Source of the DNA: Actinomycetes bacterium
GTDB lineage: Bacteria > Actinomycetota > Acidimicrobiia > Spongiisociales > UBA5794
Assembly (NCBI GenBank): GCA_023336815.1
Contig: JAMBLJ010000105.1
Span: 4,141 to 68,140 of the forward strand
Length of the DNA stretch: 64,000 nucleotides
Direction of reading: 5' to 3'
Part shown: piece by piece, positions 1 through 9,427 of the stretch
Position numbering within the stretch: the stretch's first letter is position 1
Layout: each line of letters starts with the position of its first letter
Notes under the pieces: generated by a model
The model's input: the letters and a program-made list of their open reading frames with translations, nothing else
What the model was told of the DNA's origin: nothing
The model's database searches: none
Made by a program: the position numbers and the translations under genes

Positions 1-295
1 CAGATTCGGTGACCTCACGATCGATCCAGCAGCGCGAACTGCGGTCCGTGGAGAGCGGGATCTCGGTCTCACGAAGACCGAGTTCGATCTGCTGGTGCTT
101 CTCGCACGGACGCCAGGTGTTGTGATGGATCGTGACACGATCTACGAAGAGATCTGGGGAATCGATTTTCTCACGTCGTCCAATTCGCTTGACGTGTACA
201 TCGGATACCTGCGTCGCAAGACGGAGAGTGGCGGAGAACACCGGCTGATCCACACCGTGCGAGGCGTCGGCTACGTCCTACGTACTGATTCGTGA
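1..295 (+). CDS. OmpR-family response regulator, C-terminal part (gene starts upstream of window)
   Basis: Frame 2 is open from position 2 and reads [14 protein letters not shown]...[19 protein letters not shown]...[11 protein letters not shown]...[12 protein letters not shown], the winged-helix DNA-binding domain of OmpR/PhoB regulators. TGA at 293-295 overlaps the downstream kinase start (GTGA). Confidence 0.85.
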   Translation, partial: RFGDLTIDPAARTAVRGERDLGLTKTEFDLLVLLARTPGVVMDRDTIYEEIWGIDFLTSSNSLDVYIGYLRRKTESGGEHRLIHTVRGVGYVLRTDS

Positions 296-1638
296 CGATC
301 AGGCGACGGATTGCTCTGGTTTCGGCCGCCGCCGCAGCAGTCACCGTGTTGCTGATCTCGATTGTCGCCTTCGTTGCCGCCCAGCGCCAGATCATGCGAC
401 CGATCGATGACAGTCTTCTTTCGCGAGCATCGATCTTCGAGACCAGTCGCCCCGGAGTGGTTCCGCCGGGGTTCGGCGATTTGATTTTCAGCAGAGATGG
501 ACTCTTCGGTCAGCGGAGGGGCGACTTCGACGCAACGTACTACCAGTTGATCCTCCCCGATGGTGCAACACTGAATGCCGGTCAGGACGATGTGATCATC
601 CCGCCTCCCGACGAGGATGAGATGAGCAAGGCCCAACCGATGCTGCGCTCGGTCTCTGTTGATGGTCTTCATCTGCGGGTCGTCACTGTGTACCAACCGA
701 TAACCGATGTGTTCGTGCAGATCGCTCGCCCTTTGACCGAAGCGGATGCAAGTCTTCAGGGTTTCGCCGTAGTGCTCGTGTTCGGGGGGTTCCTCGGTGT
801 CGCCGTGGCTGCAGTTCTGGGCCTGTTGGTTGCCAGGAGCGCACTCAAGCCTGTCGATGAACTCCGCAACTCTATCTCTGACATCGCTGCATCCCATGCG
901 TTCGACGAGCGTCTGGATGCTTCAACGAACGACGAGATCGCGGAGCTCGCTGATGCGTTCAACGGTTTGCTCGCCGAACTGGAATCCGCGCGGGCCGAAC
1001 AGGTACGTTTAGTGCGGGACGCGGGACATGAACTACGAACACCGCTGACAGCATTACGCACGAATATCGAGATCCTGCAACGACACGAGGTGACCCCGGA
1101 CGAACGAGCGGAGATGATCGATGCGGCACATGCCGAGGTCAAGGAACTCACTGCTCTTGTTGCCGAGGTTGTCGATCTTGCTACAGACCGGTACGAGGAG
1201 GAACCCCTGAGTGAGTTCGCCCTCGGTCACGTGGTGGCAGATGTTGCTGAGCGAGCACTCAGGCGAAACGGACGAACCACCGTTGTGGCGGATGATGGGT
1301 CGATCGTGGTCGCCAAACGTGCGGCGATCGACCGCGTCATCACCAACATCACCGCGAACGCCGACAAGTGGTCCCCTGTGGGTGAGCCGATCTCGGTAGA
1401 CATTGCTGATCGCAGGGTCACTGTCACTGATCATGGTCCTGGTATCAGCGAAGACGACCTCGACCATGTATTCGAGAGGTTCTACAGATCCCCAGAAGCG
1501 AGGTCAACACCCGGATCGGGTCTTGGCCTCTCCATAGTGCTCCAGATCGTCGATGACCACAAAGGAATCGTCTTTGCGAGGAATCGCGATGATGGATCAG
1601 GAGCCATCGTCGGTTTCGAACTGCCGCTATCGACGTAG
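292..1638 (+). CDS. Sensor histidine kinase (2 TM + periplasmic loop, HAMP, HisKA, HATPase_c)
   Basis: GTG start overlaps the RR stop. Two hydrophobic helices flank a ~130-aa extracytoplasmic segment. H-box [24 protein letters not shown] boxes [20 protein letters not shown] ... GSGLGLSIV. Confidence 0.9.
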   Translation: MTIRRRIALVSAAAAAVTVLLISIVAFVAAQRQIMRPIDDSLLSRASIFETSRPGVVPPGFGDLIFSRDGLFGQRRGDFDATYYQLILPDGATLNAGQDDVIIPPPDEDEMSKAQPMLRSVSVDGLHLRVVTVYQPITDVFVQIARPLTEADASLQGFAVVLVFGGFLGVAVAAVLGLLVARSALKPVDELRNSISDIAASHAFDERLDASTNDEIAELADAFNGLLAELESARAEQVRLVRDAGHELRTPLTALRTNIEILQRHEVTPDERAEMIDAAHAEVKELTALVAEVVDLATDRYEEEPLSEFALGHVVADVAERALRRNGRTTVVADDGSIVVAKRAAIDRVITNITANADKWSPVGEPISVDIADRRVTVTDHGPGISEDDLDHVFERFYRSPEARSTPGSGLGLSIVLQIVDDHKGIVFARNRDDGSGAIVGFELPLST

Positions 1639-1701
1639 CCCTCCGGGTCAAGAAGCCAACAGCCATCAGCTTCTGCAAAGCGGCAGCATGAACCTCTTCC
1701 A

Positions 1702-1745
1702 CTGTTGTCTGAAGCGCAGCGATCTGTCGTCTGTTGTCTGTTTCC
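1702..1745. repeat. Dispersed intergenic repeat, copy R1 (CTGTTGTCTG-aagcgcagcgatctgtcgt-CTGTTGTCTG)
   Basis: The ~36-nt core TGTCTGAAGCGCAGCGATCTGTC..TCTGTTGTCTGT is nearly identical to copy R4 at 21990-22032. The 10-mer CTGTTGTCTG occurs twice here as direct repeats. Confidence 0.7.
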
Positions 1746-1835
1746 GCTTCTCATCACTTCCTCATGTCGTGTTCACAGTTGATCGACAGTCGTTTGCCAG
1801 TCTTGTGGCATACGAAAGGTTCGAAAGGAGAACCC

Positions 1836-2336
1836 ATGAAGAAGATACTTGCATCGATGGCGGCGGCCGGCGTACTGGTCGCCGGCGCATTCGTCGCCAC
1901 GTCCGTCACACCAACAGCGGCCGAGGCGCAGACCGCGGATGACACCGCGACGTCACAGACCCAACGCCCTGAGAGGGGTGCGATTCTCGATGATGTGCTC
2001 GGTAACCTCGTGGCCGATGGCACCATCGACCAGTCTCAGGCTGATGCTGTCAAGGAGGCGCTCGAAGCCAAGCGTGATGAGCTGAAGGAACAGTTCGGTG
2101 ATCGCGGTCCGCGAATGGACCAACGGAGGGGTTTCCTGCGTGGACTCCTCGCTGACGATGTGATCACGGCTGATGAGATCGCCGCTCTCCCTGAAGATCA
2201 CCCACTCCGTACAGGGGAAAGTCCTCTGTCGGAACTCCTCGAGGACGATGGTGAGATCACCCGTGCTGAGCTGGAGTCATTTCGTGATGCTCGCCACGCA
2301 GAGCGCGAGACGGAATCCAGCGGAACGGTTGGTTGA
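1836..2336 (+). CDS. Secreted protein of unknown function with three L-x-D-(G/D)-x-I-T-x-x-E repeats; likely accessory to the upstream two-component system
   Basis: AAAGGAG RBS sits 5 nt before ATG 1836. N-terminal signal peptide MKKILASMAAAGVLVAGAFVATSVTPTAAEA. Acidic helical body with repeats LVADGTIDQSQADAV / LLADDVITADEIAAL / LEDDGEITRAELESF. Confidence 0.65.
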   Translation: MKKILASMAAAGVLVAGAFVATSVTPTAAEAQTADDTATSQTQRPERGAILDDVLGNLVADGTIDQSQADAVKEALEAKRDELKEQFGDRGPRMDQRRGFLRGLLADDVITADEIAALPEDHPLRTGESPLSELLEDDGEITRAELESFRDARHAERETESSGTVG

Positions 2337-2372
2337 TCGCACTGCCAGTCTCCATCGCGAACCGCCCGGGAT

Positions 2373-2732
2373 TCAACCCCCGGGCGGTTTCGCGCGTTCT
2401 TCTATCAACCAGATCTCGGAGATGGGGTCGATGTGGAAGGAGGTTTCCACACCGTCGTTCCAGCGGCTGATCTCGTGGTTGGCGGTTGACAGCGCGGTGC
2501 GAGCTCCGTTGAGTTCGGGTGCTGCGATGGCTGTGCCAAGCAACTGGTCGATGTGCGATCGGAACTCCGCTTGTTTGCGGGGGAGCTCTTCTCGTGCGAG
2601 GAATGCCCTCACCCACCAGTCGGGGTCGTTGCTGAGATTCTTGATCGGCTTGCCGACACCAACCGTCGATTCGAGATCTCCTGTGGCAATGGCTTCGTCG
2701 ATCCTCTTTTGTGCGTATCGTTCCGGGTTCAC
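2373..2732 (-). CDS. DUF1992 (DnaJ-C28-like) domain protein
   Basis: N-terminus RIDEAIATGDLESTVGVGKPIKNL matches the conserved DUF1992 motif (IxeAmxxGxFdnLpGxGKPL). Confidence 0.6.
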   Translation of the reverse strand: MNPERYAQKRIDEAIATGDLESTVGVGKPIKNLSNDPDWWVRAFLAREELPRKQAEFRSHIDQLLGTAIAAPELNGARTALSTANHEISRWNDGVETSFHIDPISEIWLIEERAKPPGG

Positions 2733-2766
2733 GACACAAGGCTATCGGTTGCCGGAACGAGACTCA

Positions 2767-4002
2767 ATGAAGGCGATCATGATCGAGGCGTATGAGGCTG
2801 CAGTCTCGGCATGTGATCCGCAGGCCGCTGTGGCAGCAGCTATCACCGTGGACGATGGGGGTCTGGCCCTCGGCGACGCCAGATTCGACGGAGCAACGAA
2901 GTCTGACGTTGTTGTGGTTGCTCTCGGCAAGGCCGCTGCAGCAATGGCGAGGGGAGCAGACATGCGACTTGGCCCTCTCCGAGGTATCGCGGTATCCAAT
3001 CACGTCGAACCCTCCCCGGTTCCGCTCCTGGTCGGCTCGCACCCCGTGCCGAGCGCCGCAAGCCTGGAAGGAGGGGAGTTGCTCCTCGCGTTCGTAGAGA
3101 ACCTCGCACCAACCGACATCGTTCTGTATCTGATATCAGGAGGAGGCTCGTCGATCGCTGTTGCCCCTGCCATGCCGCTCACGTTCGAGGATCTCGAGCA
3201 CCTCAACAGTGTCTTGCTTCGTTCGGGAGCACCGATTGGTGACGTGAACGAGGTACGGGCTGCGGTGAGTCGGATAAAGGGTGGGCGACTCGCAGCCGCG
3301 TGCCCGGCGGTTCGGTCGACCACCCTGGTGCTGAGCGATGTTGTGGGGGTGGGTGTGACCCACGTTGCATCGGGCCCATCGCTAGGTGCCGGCATGGGTG
3401 CCCGCGCCATGGACGTTGTCCGGAGGTACGGGTTCGACTCGGTCGTAGGGTCGAGGGTCATGGAAGCGCTTGCTCTCTTCGATCCCCTTCCCCCTGATCA
3501 TCGACAGAACGCAACGGTGGTGGGGTCTTCAGAGGTTGCTGCCAGAGCTGCTGTGTCGTACTTCAGGTCTCATGGTCTCGGGGCCGCGGTCATCACATCC
3601 GAGATGACTGGTGAGGCGAGAACTGTTGCGAGGGAAATGGTGCGTAAGGCGGATCCCGAACGTGTTCTGGTACAAACTGGCGAAACAACCGTGACCGTTC
3701 GCGGAAGTGGTCGCGGTGGAAGGAATCAGGAGGCTGCTCTCAGCGCTGCGATCGAGATCGCCGGATCGGACGTCGTTTTCGGTGCGTTCGGAACCGACGG
3801 CATCGATGGAGCGACTCCGGCAGCGGGTGCTGTCGTCGACGGATCGACCGCCGCCACTGCGCTCGATTCGGATGTTGATCTGCTTGACTCGCTTGAGACC
3901 AATGACAGCTTCACATCTCTGTCGGCCATCGATGCTGTCCTGATCCGCGGCGACACGGGAACCAACGTGGGCGATCTGTGGATGGTCGCAGACATCGGGT
4001 GA
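2767..4002 (+). CDS. Glycerate 2-kinase (MOFRL/GckA family)
   Basis: Motifs VVVVALGKAAAAMA, LISGGGSSI, RIKGGRLAAA and ITVRGSGRGGRNQEAALSAAIE are typical of the glycerate kinase/hydroxypyruvate reductase-like MOFRL family. The ORF-track 5' extension (2173-2766) is non-coding-like. Confidence 0.8.
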   Translation: MKAIMIEAYEAAVSACDPQAAVAAAITVDDGGLALGDARFDGATKSDVVVVALGKAAAAMARGADMRLGPLRGIAVSNHVEPSPVPLLVGSHPVPSAASLEGGELLLAFVENLAPTDIVLYLISGGGSSIAVAPAMPLTFEDLEHLNSVLLRSGAPIGDVNEVRAAVSRIKGGRLAAACPAVRSTTLVLSDVVGVGVTHVASGPSLGAGMGARAMDVVRRYGFDSVVGSRVMEALALFDPLPPDHRQNATVVGSSEVAARAAVSYFRSHGLGAAVITSEMTGEARTVAREMVRKADPERVLVQTGETTVTVRGSGRGGRNQEAALSAAIEIAGSDVVFGAFGTDGIDGATPAAGAVVDGSTAATALDSDVDLLDSLETNDSFTSLSAIDAVLIRGDTGTNVGDLWMVADIG

Positions 4003-4088
4003 GGTCCGTACCGCCTATGCACACATGAGGTCGATCTTGTTGCCGAATGGGTATCGTAGCTTTGACAGATAGCCCCTGGAGGTCGACG

Positions 4089-4385
4089 GTGATCATGCGA
4101 ACCTGGCGCGGATGGACACGCACCGAAGACACAGAGGCATACGCGGCATACATTCTCGACACGGGTATCGCCCAGTACAAAGCGACTCCGGGAAACCTGG
4201 GTGCGTGGTTGGTCAGTCGGCCAGCCGGTGACCGATCGGAATTCGTTACGGTGAGCCTTTGGGAAAGCCGCGAGTCGATCGTGGGTTTCGCAGGGGACGA
4301 TATCGAGCGGGCTGTGTTCTATCCCGAAGACGACAACTACCTGGTTGACCGGGAGACGAGCGTCAAGCACTTCTCCGTGCATTAA
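4089..4385 (+). CDS. Small ABM/Dabb-like alpha+beta barrel protein (hypothetical)
   Basis: GGAGG lies 6 nt before GTG 4089 (ATG at 4095 in same frame). The ~98-aa product has a VTVSLWESRESIVGF segment reminiscent of ABM monooxygenase-like folds. Confidence 0.45.
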   Translation: MIMRTWRGWTRTEDTEAYAAYILDTGIAQYKATPGNLGAWLVSRPAGDRSEFVTVSLWESRESIVGFAGDDIERAVFYPEDDNYLVDRETSVKHFSVH

Positions 4386-4421
4386 CACAGTTCATCGATT
4401 CCTCCATCGGGCCACGTTCGG

Positions 4422-5663
4422 CTATTCGAGACCGGCGAGAAACTCCTCGATCGCCGTTGCGTAGCCTTCAGGATCTACGTTCCAGGACCGAACGTGGTTG
4501 GCTTCCGTTGTGACGAGGGTCACGATATCGGGTCGAATCTCAGCCATCTCAGCACTGGTCGCATAGGGCACCGACGTGTCCTGGGTTCCGTGGAAGATCA
4601 GCATCGGCGCATGAAGTTCGTTCGTCTGGGAGAGATAGTCGGTAGCAGACCAGTCGATGTCGAATCGCCATGCTGAGATCCACTTTGCGAACTGTGTGAG
4701 GGGTCCCGGCACGCTGATCGGCAACAGTGGAAGGTTCGTCCTCGACGCCTGGAAGTCGAGCGTCTTCTCGAAGCTGAGTACCGGAGAGTCGAGAATCGCT
4801 GCCTTGGTGAAGTTCCGAAGAGGTGACTGTGTCAGATAGCTCGTTACGACAGCGCCACCCATCGAGTAGCCGAACAGGATGTGTTCCCTTGCGCCGTTCT
4901 CCTGTGCATAGGTGACGGCTGCGGCGACGTCCACCCACTCGGTCTCGCCGTATCGATAGTACCCGGAAGGGTCACGTGCTTCACCGGCATCGTTGCGGTA
5001 GCTGATAACCAGGATCGGGTACCCGAGATCCTTCAGGATCGGTATCACCCTGAGCGACTCCTCCAGCGAAGCGCCCTTGCCATGAACAACGATCGCCCAC
5101 GTATCGGAGGATCCTGGGATGAACCAGGCCGGGAACGATCCAACATCTGATTCTGACGGGTACACAACGGATTCGTACTCGATGCCGAACGCCGACAGAG
5201 GGTCGCCATCGAACGCGAACGAATCGAGGTCGACCATGGTGCCAACTTCAGGTGCGGTGCCTTCGGTTGCGAGAGTGCGTACATCTGTGCGGTTGCCACC
5301 CGATTCGGTCGACGACTCGAGTTCGAGAGTCGTAACGTAGCCGTCGTTCCATGCGAGGCCCTGGGCGCCTTGCTGATCGAGCTGATCGTGGTCTGCGGGG
5401 CCACGCACCGTGACGCTGGCAGGATTTGTCGATACGACCTCGAGGAGGTAGTCGGTCGCTTCATCCGTCGATGGCTTGAGCGCGTCGTCTTCTATGACAT
5501 TCGAGTAGTAGAAACCACCGATGAGGAAGAACACAAGGAGAACACCCGTGACGATTCCGACGAGTCTCATGAAAGCCCCGAGTGGTGTCCGGACCTTCTT
5601 TCGTGGCAAAGGCCCGTTTGCCACGACTCCGGGATTTGGCCGGCGTCCCATGGAATTCCCCAT
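4422..5663 (-). CDS. Membrane-anchored alpha/beta hydrolase (S9 / prolyl oligopeptidase-like serine hydrolase)
   Basis: N-terminal basic segment then TM MRLVGIVTGVLLVFFLIGGFYY. Catalytic nucleophile elbow GYSMGG; downstream D and H residues present. Start taken at MGNSMGRR rather than the ORF-track MATYR, which runs into the repeat region. Confidence 0.75.
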   Translation of the reverse strand: MGNSMGRRPNPGVVANGPLPRKKVRTPLGAFMRLVGIVTGVLLVFFLIGGFYYSNVIEDDALKPSTDEATDYLLEVVSTNPASVTVRGPADHDQLDQQGAQGLAWNDGYVTTLELESSTESGGNRTDVRTLATEGTAPEVGTMVDLDSFAFDGDPLSAFGIEYESVVYPSESDVGSFPAWFIPGSSDTWAIVVHGKGASLEESLRVIPILKDLGYPILVISYRNDAGEARDPSGYYRYGETEWVDVAAAVTYAQENGAREHILFGYSMGGAVVTSYLTQSPLRNFTKAAILDSPVLSFEKTLDFQASRTNLPLLPISVPGPLTQFAKWISAWRFDIDWSATDYLSQTNELHAPMLIFHGTQDTSVPYATSAEMAEIRPDIVTLVTTEANHVRSWNVDPEGYATAIEEFLAGLE

Positions 5664-5754
5664 TCGAACTCGCGCTAACAGCGTACAGCCCGGAAATCGG
5701 CCTGCATAGACCAATCGGTACGTTGCCACGCAACCTTGAGGAAGAAGCGGTCAG

Positions 5755-5817
5755 AGATCAGACATCAGACGGCAGACCTCAGACATCAGGCGTCTGCCAT
5801 CTGATGTCTGTCGTCTG
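5755..5817. repeat. Dispersed intergenic repeat, copy R2 (inverted repeat of CAGACATCAGACGGCAGAC)
   Basis: Left arm cagacatcagacggcagac and right arm gtctgccatctgatgtctg are near-perfect reverse complements (18/19). It shares TGTCTGTCGTCTG with copy R3. Confidence 0.7.
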
Positions 5818-6108
5818 GCATTCGTATTGCAATCGGGCGGATTGTTTCACGTGTGGGCCGACGACGTTCTTGACCATGTGGACATGATCTGGGTTCGTTG
5901 CGTAGGTTGTGTAGTCGGCCGATGATGCGAAGTCGGCGACGACCCCGTAGTCCCATGCACCACCGGTGAGACCGATGTCGCGACCGGTACGGAACGTGAG
6001 GATCTCGGGGATGATGTCCGGAAGCGTTGCCAGGGTGTTGTCGATGTCGTCAATCGTTTCGGGCATCATGTCATCGTTGAACTTGAACACGGCAACATGT
6101 CGGATCAC
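5779..6108 (-). CDS. Dabb-family stress-responsive alpha+beta barrel protein
   Basis: MIRHVAVFKF ... GAWDYGVVADFASSADYTTYATNPDHV matches the stress-responsive protein A/B barrel (Dabb) domain. Confidence 0.7.
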   Translation of the reverse strand: MIRHVAVFKFNDDMMPETIDDIDNTLATLPDIIPEILTFRTGRDIGLTGGAWDYGVVADFASSADYTTYATNPDHVHMVKNVVGPHVKQSARLQYECQTTDIRWQTPDV

Positions 6109-6334
6109 GGGCGCCTCCTCGTTGTGACGAGAGAATCTCTGTCGTCAGAAGATAATCTGGCCGCCGGTCACAGACCAACCATCCCCTTGCTTTCGATACC
6201 CTCGGTGAACGTATCTCTCAGGTCTGGAAAGACGGCATCAACGTCGTCTGACCGAGCCATCGCGTCAACCGAGAACAACCCGAACTATGTGCAGCCATGT
6301 GTCTGACACTCGCGCGGTAGATCTGTGTTGATCG

Positions 6335-7252
6335 TCACGCGGGTGGAAAGTCGCCGGCGACAGGGAGCATTGCTGGCACAGGCTTGTGGATGAGTGACTC
6401 AACTTCCTGAGAGACACCGATGAGGGAAGCAAGCGAAACCCCGTGCTCAAAGCCGCCTCTGTTGAGCATGTAGACGAGATCGTCTGTGGCGATGTTCCCC
6501 GTTGCAGCCGGCGCGAACGGACATCCTCCGATCCCCCCGACCGATGCATCGATGGTCGTGACTCCAGCTTCGATCGCCGCATACGTGTTGGCGATGCCGG
6601 TGTGGCGTGTGTCGTGGAAGTGAACCCGTAGCGGAATCTCACCAGCCGCCGAGCGGATCGCCGTCAGGCGTTGGGTGACCGACCAGGGATCGGCAACACC
6701 AATCGTGTCGGCGATGGCGATCTCGTCGACGCCTGCCGCGGCCACCCCTGCAACCGCATCGATAACGGCATCGGTGGGTACCTCGCCTTCGAACGGGCAT
6801 CCCCACGCTGTCCCGATCGTGGCTGTGACATAGATGTCGCGTTTGTGCGCATCCCCTGCGATGTCCCGTACAACGTCAATGGTCTCGGATGTTGGTACAC
6901 CCTGATTTTTCATGTTGAAGGTATTCGAGGCGAACAAGGGGATGTTCACCTCATCGACATCGGTCTCCACAGCACGGAGCCAACCCCGCCAGTTCATGAC
7001 GAGACCGATGTAGCTGACGTCGGGGTGTTTGTTGATACCCGCCATCACGGCCTCGGCGTCGGCGAGCTGGGGCACATGCTTGGGGTGTGCGAACGAGACA
7101 GCCTCGATCCGCCTGATCCCCGACGCTACGAGGTGATCGATCAACAGCAGTTTGTCATCGGTCGACAGGATCTCTGCTTCATTCTGCAGGCCATCTCGTG
7201 GTCCGACCTCGACGATCTGGATCTTGTTCTGCACGCTCGATACCCCGCACAC
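6335..7252 (-). CDS. Hydroxymethylglutaryl-CoA lyase
   Basis: IQIVEVGPRDGLQNE at the N-terminus; TIM-barrel HMGL-like with conserved H and C residues (DTIGVADP, HFHDTRHTGIANTYAAIEAGV, GIGGCPFAP). Confidence 0.9.
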   Translation of the reverse strand: MCGVSSVQNKIQIVEVGPRDGLQNEAEILSTDDKLLLIDHLVASGIRRIEAVSFAHPKHVPQLADAEAVMAGINKHPDVSYIGLVMNWRGWLRAVETDVDEVNIPLFASNTFNMKNQGVPTSETIDVVRDIAGDAHKRDIYVTATIGTAWGCPFEGEVPTDAVIDAVAGVAAAGVDEIAIADTIGVADPWSVTQRLTAIRSAAGEIPLRVHFHDTRHTGIANTYAAIEAGVTTIDASVGGIGGCPFAPAATGNIATDDLVYMLNRGGFEHGVSLASLIGVSQEVESLIHKPVPAMLPVAGDFPPA

Positions 7253-7329
7253 GATGTTGGGAGATACCCTACCGTTCGGCGTCGGCTGACCAAGCGGTAC
7301 GATTGCCTACAGTGACCAGGAGACTCGTA

Positions 7330-7854
7330 GTGACAGGCGAAGGCATCGACGCGGATACGTTCAAGAACACGATGGCGACGGTCGCAGCGACGGTCACCGT
7401 CGTTACTTCCTATGCAGCTGATGAACCGATCGGCATCACCGTTTCGGCCTTCACCTCCGTCTCCGTCGATCCCCCGATCGTTCTCGTATGCATCGACAAG
7501 TCCTCGGGTTCGCTGGCTCCATTCCTGGCAGCCGCGGGGTTCACGGTCAATTTCCTCCCCGAATCCGCGACCGATCTGGCGATGAAGTTCGCAACACGAG
7601 GCGCCGACAAATTCGGATCCGGTGATTGGTCCGCACCGAAGGTGGCAGGCGCCGGTCCGCTACTCAACGAGGCATACGGCGCACTTGCCTGTGTCACGAT
7701 CGACAAGACCGAGATGGGTGACCACTGGATCCTCTACGGTCGCGTTGATGCCGGAGGCATCACGAACCCGGACGCTTCACCGCTGCTCTACATCAACAGA
7801 ACCTTCGCAAAGCTTGAGAAGGGTCAGCGCACGAATCAGGCTGGGTCTGGCTGA
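7330..7854 (+). CDS. Flavin reductase (HpaC/NADH:FMN oxidoreductase-like)
   Basis: AGGAG lies 7 nt before GTG 7330. FKNTMATVAATVTVVT...DEPIGITVSAFTSVSVDPPIVLVCI...LAMKFAT...FGSGDW...GAGPLL is typical of the flavin reductase domain. Confidence 0.8.
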   Translation: MTGEGIDADTFKNTMATVAATVTVVTSYAADEPIGITVSAFTSVSVDPPIVLVCIDKSSGSLAPFLAAAGFTVNFLPESATDLAMKFATRGADKFGSGDWSAPKVAGAGPLLNEAYGALACVTIDKTEMGDHWILYGRVDAGGITNPDASPLLYINRTFAKLEKGQRTNQAGSG

Positions 7855-7874
7855 CGAGAACGGGGTTCGAAGGT

Positions 7875-7904
7875 CGTAATACGTATTACGTAGTACGTAC
7901 TACG
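7875..7904. promoter_or_regulatory. Two abutting 16-bp perfect AT-rich palindromes (CGTAATACGTATTACG and CGTAGTACGTACTACG) in a 61-nt convergent gap
   Basis: Read directly from the sequence. Both are exact reverse-complement palindromes with a central TACGTA and share the CG at 7889-7890. They sit between the flavin reductase stop (7854) and the ALDH stop (7916). Confidence 0.6.
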
Positions 7905-7915
7905 ACTTCTTCTTC

Positions 7916-9427
7916 TCACACCCCGCCTCTACCCAGGTTGATCCAGGTGGTCTTGAGGTGTGTGTACTTGTCGAGGGCGTGGAGGGATTTGTCCTTACCA
8001 CCGAATCCCGACTCTTTGTAGCCACCGAATGGCGCCGTGATCCCTGATGTGTCGAAGTTATTGACCCATACGGTCCCCGCCTGGAGCGCTGCTGACATCG
8101 TGTGCGCCCGCGCCAGGTTGGATGTCCACACAGCTGCCGACAGGCCGTACCTCGTGTCATTCGCAATCGAGAGAGCTTGTGCGTCATCATCGAACGGGAT
8201 GATGCTCAGAACCGGTCCAAAGATCTCGTCACGTGCGATGTCCATGTCGTTGCGCACATCAGCGAACACAGTGGGCTCGATGAAGAACCCACCAGAATCA
8301 GTCAGGGTCCGGTTGCCACCAGCAACAAGGCGTGCGCCCTGCTCGATACCCCTCTCGATGTAGCCAGTGACGCGGTCGAGCTGTGTGCCATCCACGATCG
8401 GACCAGCCTTCGTGGTGGGATCGAGCGGGTTCCCTGGCGCCCAGGCAGCCGAGAGTTCACCCACCCTCTCGACGACCTCGTCGTAGATAGGCCGTTCAAC
8501 GAGGAGTCTCGAGCCCGCGATACACATCTCGCCTGTGTTCCAGAAAATCGAGACGCCGACAGCACCGATCGCATACTTGAGATCGGGGGCGTCGGCGAAG
8601 ATGATGTTCGGTGTCTTGCCTCCTGTCTCGGCAGACACTCGCTTCATGTTGGAGCGGGCTGAGTATTCCAGGAACAGCTTTCCTACCTCGGTTGAGCCCG
8701 TGAAGGTGATCGCATCCACACCTGGATGAAGACCAAGGGCGCGGCCAGCTGTCTCACCGTATCCCGGTACGACGTTGAGCACACCTGGTGGCAGGCCGGC
8801 TTCGAGCGCGAGCTCCGCAAGTCGGAGCGCAGACAACGGAGACTGTTCCGCTGGTTTAAGAACGACGGAGTTCCCCGCTGCGAGTGCTGGCGCAAGTTTC
8901 CACGAGTTGATCATGAGCGGGAAGTTCCAGGGTGTGACCGCCCCAACAACACCCACCGGCTCGCGTGTGATGAGACCGAGGGCCTCCGGTCCGGTCGGAG
9001 CGATCTCGTCGTACAGCTTGTCGGTCGCTTCGCCGTACCAGGCGTAGGTCGAGGCGGCCTGGCCCACGTCCACACGTCGGCTGTACCTGATCGGTTTGCC
9101 GACGTCGAGCGTCTCGAGTAGTTGGAGTTCCTCACCGTGTTCTTCGATCAATTCGGCGAGCTTGATCAACACCTGCCCTCTGTCGCGTGGAGCGAGGTTC
9201 GACCACCGACCGTCGGCGAAGGCGGTACGCGCCGACCGCACGGCCGCATCGACATCCTCCGTTGCACCAGACGCAATCTCCGCAATGGTCATGCCTGTCG
9301 CTGGGTTGACCGTCTCGAAACGGTCACCCGAGTGTGGTTCGTGCCACTCTCCGTCGATGAGGATGTTCGTTCGTGGATCGATGGCCTCCGCTGCAGCGGA
9401 CCATTCTTCGAGGGTCTTCGTCGTCAT
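7916..9427 (-). CDS. NAD(P)-dependent aldehyde dehydrogenase
   Basis: ALDH family motifs: VGLITREPVGVVGAVTPWNFPL, catalytic FWNTGEMCIAGSRLLV, ELGGKTP-like ETGGKTPNIIFADA. Start at MTTKTLEEW gives a 4-nt overlap with the upstream lipocalin-like gene. Confidence 0.9.
   Translation of the reverse strand: MTTKTLEEWSAAAEAIDPRTNILIDGEWHEPHSGDRFETVNPATGMTIAEIASGATEDVDAAVRSARTAFADGRWSNLAPRDRGQVLIKLAELIEEHGEELQLLETLDVGKPIRYSRRVDVGQAASTYAWYGEATDKLYDEIAPTGPEALGLITREPVGVVGAVTPWNFPLMINSWKLAPALAAGNSVVLKPAEQSPLSALRLAELALEAGLPPGVLNVVPGYGETAGRALGLHPGVDAITFTGSTEVGKLFLEYSARSNMKRVSAETGGKTPNIIFADAPDLKYAIGAVGVSIFWNTGEMCIAGSRLLVERPIYDEVVERVGELSAAWAPGNPLDPTTKAGPIVDGTQLDRVTGYIERGIEQGARLVAGGNRTLTDSGGFFIEPTVFADVRNDMDIARDEIFGPVLSIIPFDDDAQALSIANDTRYGLSAAVWTSNLARAHTMSAALQAGTVWVNNFDTSGITAPFGGYKESGFGGKDKSLHALDKYTHLKTTWINLGRGGV

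Noticed and set aside
271-897. 208-aa minus-strand ORF overlapping the histidine kinase gene. Similar long antisense ORFs occur at 3726-4388, 13138-13809, 16098-16736, 17548-18216, 20058-21353, 23020-23904, 30426-31322, 33456-34268, 34571-35245, 46599-47447, 56150-57211, 57566-58681 and 62114-62821.
   Set aside because: All lie antisense to or out of frame within genes that carry clear family motifs. Their products are R/P/S/H-rich low-complexity sequences typical of spurious open frames in high-GC DNA.
2173-2766. Long 5' extension of the glycerate kinase ORF (609-aa ORF-track call), and similar 5' extensions for ccmC (16716), ccmH (19990), ccmI (20433), tldE (13079), tadC (41382), tadE (42216), leuC (to 35608), the HAD hydrolase (to 39583), the LCP protein (to 45832) and the membrane protein at 9547.
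   Set aside because: The extensions overlap upstream genes or read through repeat elements and lack family-like sequence. Starts were reset to Met/Val codons that restore canonical N-termini, RBS spacing or ATGA coupling.
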